Shown here piece after piece: positions 41,361-44,121 of a stretch of DNA of 44,121 nt; within the stretch, counting starts at the first letter, position 1, and every line of letters begins with the position of its first letter. The position numbers were made by a program, and so were the translations under genes. The notes under the pieces are model-generated. The model worked only from the letters and a program-made list of their open reading frames with translations, ran no database searches and was not told the DNA's origin. Origin of the DNA: Alphaproteobacteria bacterium (GTDB lineage: Bacteria > Pseudomonadota > Alphaproteobacteria > JAJTHO01 > CANGYM01); the NCBI GenBank assembly GCA_044371315.1, contig JBILTX010000003.1, positions 1-44,121 on the forward strand. The letters are read 5' to 3'.

Positions 41361-41395
41361 AGTAACCATAGGCCATCTTTTTTTAGGGAACATGT

Positions 41396-42520
41396 ATGCG
41401 TATTTTACAAGTCCTGCCTGCCTTAGTTTCTGGGGGGGTTGAACGGGGCACGGTGGAAATTGCCACGGCTTTGCGGATGCAGGATTATCCCGCGTGGGTG
41501 GCCAGCAGCGGCGGCCCCTTGGTGGCCGATTTGGAAGATAGGGGTGTTGTTCATTATCGCTTGCCCCTAGCCACCAAAAACCCGTGGATTATGGCAAAAA
41601 ATGCTGTGGCGTTGGCCTCTCTGATCAAGGATCAGGGTATCCGTGTTGTGCATGCCCGCAGCCGAGGCCCCGCTTGGTCCGCGCTGGCGGCAGCACGTTG
41701 TTGCGGGGTACCTTTTGTCACTACCTATCATGGTATATATGGTCAGGGAAGCGCCCTGAAACGGTTTTATAATAGCGTCATGGCGCGGGGGGATGTGGTG
41801 ATTGCCCCATCACAATTTGCGCGGGATTATCTGATGCGTCATCATCCCCATACAGATCCCCAGCGGGTTGTGGTGATTCCCCGCGGCGTGGATACAGACA
41901 TTTTTGATCCGGCATTGTGGGCGGGGCAAGCGGAAGAGATTCCAGCCCTTGCTTCCTTGATTCAGCGGGCCGTGCGTCCGTTTTGGGTGCTGCCCGCCCG
42001 TTTGTCCCGATGGAAGGGACATGATATCGCCCTGTCCGCCTTTGCCCATTCTGGGGTGGGGGGATCGTTGATTTTTTGCGGTGCGGATACGCCGCAGGCC
42101 CCGTATCGTCAGGAACTTAGCCAACGCATCAAAGATCTGGGGTTGGGGGAGCGGGTTTTTTTCGGTAACCTGCCTGCGGATGTCATGCCGGCCCTGTATA
42201 GCGCAGCGGATTACGTGCTGTCCCCTGCCCTGAAACCAGAAAGCTTTGGTCGTGTGATTATCGAGGCCGCCGCCATGGGCAAAATTGTCATCGCCACCGA
42301 TCACGGCGGAGCGGCAGAATCCATCCTTTCGGGACAAACGGGATTTTTGATCCCTGTGGATCAGGCGGAATCAGAGCTGGCCCGCGCCATGAAAACGGTC
42401 TGGACCCTCAGCGATGCCGAGCGCCATACCATCGGTCGGGCTGCACGCCAGAGGATGATCGACGCCTATAGCCTTTCTGCCATGCAAAAGGCCACGTTGG
42501 ATGTTTACCGTCGGTTTTGA
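41396..42520 (+). CDS. Glycosyltransferase family 4 protein
   Basis: GGVERGT, HARSRGPAW, RLSRWKGH, PESFGRVIIEAAAMG. Confidence 0.92.
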   Translation: MRILQVLPALVSGGVERGTVEIATALRMQDYPAWVASSGGPLVADLEDRGVVHYRLPLATKNPWIMAKNAVALASLIKDQGIRVVHARSRGPAWSALAAARCCGVPFVTTYHGIYGQGSALKRFYNSVMARGDVVIAPSQFARDYLMRHHPHTDPQRVVVIPRGVDTDIFDPALWAGQAEEIPALASLIQRAVRPFWVLPARLSRWKGHDIALSAFAHSGVGGSLIFCGADTPQAPYRQELSQRIKDLGLGERVFFGNLPADVMPALYSAADYVLSPALKPESFGRVIIEAAAMGKIVIATDHGGAAESILSGQTGFLIPVDQAESELARAMKTVWTLSDAERHTIGRAARQRMIDAYSLSAMQKATLDVYRRF

Positions 42521-42526
42521 TGCGGG

Positions 42527-43501
42527 TTATAGGGCCTTGGCAATATCACAAAACAAAGGCCCCAGTGTCTGACCGCTGGGATCCAGCGGCAAACGGGCCA
42601 ACAAGGGGATATCCAAAGCCAGCGCCTGCCCCGCAGGAAAAACATCATGGGGAGTGTTGCAGGTGGGGCAAAGAAAAAACGCCATATTTTCAATAACCCC
42701 CAAAACAGGGACGTTCATTTTTTGGAACATGGCGGCGGCACGCCGCGCATCCGCCATGGAAAGATCATGGGGGGTGGTGACCAGAATGGCCCCGCCTAAG
42801 CTCACCTTTTGCGCCAGCGTTAATTGCACATCCCCCGTACCTGGGGGTAAATCCAAAACCAGTGTGTCCAGATCGGGCCAAGCAGTATCCCGAAACAGTT
42901 GCTCCACCGCGCCCATAACCATGGGGCCACGCCAAATCACGGCCTTGCTGGGATCCACCATATAACCGATGGACTGGACGGTTAGGCCCTGAACGGTGTG
43001 GGGGATCATTTTTTTGTGTTCATTCAATGGAGGGGGCGGCAACGTTCCCAGCAACGTGGGCAGTGAAGGCCCAAAAATATCCAAATCCAGCAGACCAACC
43101 CGCTGGCCTTGATCCCTAAGGGCGCGGGCGATGCCCAGAGCCACCGTTGATTTTCCCACCCCCCCCTTGCCACTGGCCACCGCCAGAATGCGTTGAATCT
43201 GGGGCAAAATAACGGGCTGGGACGATCCGTGAGTTATGGGTTTTTGGGCCTTGGGGGCGGTATGGGTGGTGGTGACGATACGTAGGGCAGCGCTGGGATA
43301 GGCTTGTTTCAGCGCCGACTCCGCCCTGTCTTTCAAATTCGGCAACTGGGGGGCCTCTTGGTGGGGGATATCCAGAACAAAGCCCACCTGATTCCCCTGA
43401 ACCACCAGCCCCTTCACCCAGCCTAGGGTGACAATATCTGCCCCTTCCGTATTTCCAGAAACGTGGGATAACACAGATAAAACATCATCAGCGTGAATCA
43501 A
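42527..43501 (-). CDS. mrp: Mrp/ApbC (NBP35) Fe-S carrier ATPase
   Basis: ASGKGGVGKST, DIFGPS, WRGPMV, DLPPGTGD, ENM..CPTC; start probably TTG 43501. Confidence 0.93.
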   Translation of the reverse strand: MIHADDVLSVLSHVSGNTEGADIVTLGWVKGLVVQGNQVGFVLDIPHQEAPQLPNLKDRAESALKQAYPSAALRIVTTTHTAPKAQKPITHGSSQPVILPQIQRILAVASGKGGVGKSTVALGIARALRDQGQRVGLLDLDIFGPSLPTLLGTLPPPPLNEHKKMIPHTVQGLTVQSIGYMVDPSKAVIWRGPMVMGAVEQLFRDTAWPDLDTLVLDLPPGTGDVQLTLAQKVSLGGAILVTTPHDLSMADARRAAAMFQKMNVPVLGVIENMAFFLCPTCNTPHDVFPAGQALALDIPLLARLPLDPSGQTLGPLFCDIAKAL

Positions 43502-43514
43502 GGAACAGCCCCAT

Positions 43515-44121
43515 CTAATCCGCAAAAAACGTCTGGCTAATATCCCGATCCAGCGCATTGATATGGGTTTGAAATGTATCAATAAATTCGTGCATCCCGT
43601 GGTTTAAAACACTTTCGATGGTGGCATCGGACAAAAAGGATCGAAGGGTGGACATAGAAAGTTCAATGGATGTTTCCCTGCCGGTAGCCGCCACAATACT
43701 GTGCAAAGACCGCGCCGCCTGATGGGTGCAGCGCAGCATGGAACGGGGAAAATGGGGATGAAAAATCAGAAAATCCGCCACATTTTTGTAATTGATGGTG
43801 TGATGTTGCTTGAGATACATCTCAAAAGCACTGACGGATTTTAAAACGGCGCTCCATTCCACCGCATCGTAGGGGGAATCAAAGTATTCCAAACTGGGCA
43901 ACAGCAAAAAGTATTTCACATCCAAAATACGCGCCGTTTTATCAGCCCTTTCCAACATGCGGCCAAGATCCGCAAAATGCCAAGCCTCGCCGTGGGTCAT
44001 GGTGTCTTCCAAAAGGCCTGTAAAGACATACCCCGCGCGGCGAAGGGATAGATAAAAATCCTGTAAATCAACAATTTTTCGGCGTCTGGCCTGTTTTTGG
44101 GCCAAATGATGAACATCGTTA
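43515..44121 (-). CDS. Alpha-E domain protein (5' part outside the window)
   Basis: LGRMLERADKTARILDVKY, WSAVLKSVSAFEMY, FPRS: the ER-motif alpha-E superfamily. The frame stays open to the window edge. Confidence 0.88.
   Translation of the reverse strand, partial: NDVHHLAQKQARRRKIVDLQDFYLSLRRAGYVFTGLLEDTMTHGEAWHFADLGRMLERADKTARILDVKYFLLLPSLEYFDSPYDAVEWSAVLKSVSAFEMYLKQHHTINYKNVADFLIFHPHFPRSMLRCTHQAARSLHSIVAATGRETSIELSMSTLRSFLSDATIESVLNHGMHEFIDTFQTHINALDRDISQTFFAD

Overview
This is a 44 kb chromosomal segment of an alphaproteobacterium, judged from the 16S rRNA gene and alpha-type FtsZ, FzlA, PhaR and TolA. The unlinked 16S and scrambled gene order suggest a divergent, possibly host-associated lineage (inference). 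Most genes are housekeeping genes separated from their usual operons: carB, grpE, nuoD and nuoC 21 kb apart, tolA, fabI, motAB, sdhB, lpxC, aroK, typA, ftsZ, aceB, purQ, lipB and murD-ftsW-murG. There is also a Zur-regulated zinc-starvation cluster (25.8-32 kb), a stand-alone 16S gene, and an accessory islet between typA and ftsZ containing a MITE, an aspartic protease, an orphan, a Phd-VapC pair and a zur remnant. The most striking observation is that two AT-rich orphan genes 20 kb apart (15541-16206 and 36515-37054) are paralogs. They share promoter/leader layout, a poly-C tract (C12, C14) just after the start, three aligned protein blocks and an identical 16-bp 3' end, making them a candidate phase-variable gene family. 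In two places a gene is bracketed by duplicated 3' ends of its upstream neighbour (14-bp and 43-bp direct repeats). Two MITE-like palindromic elements and two small proteins missed by the ORF track were also found. All assignments are by eye from motifs; no database searches were run.
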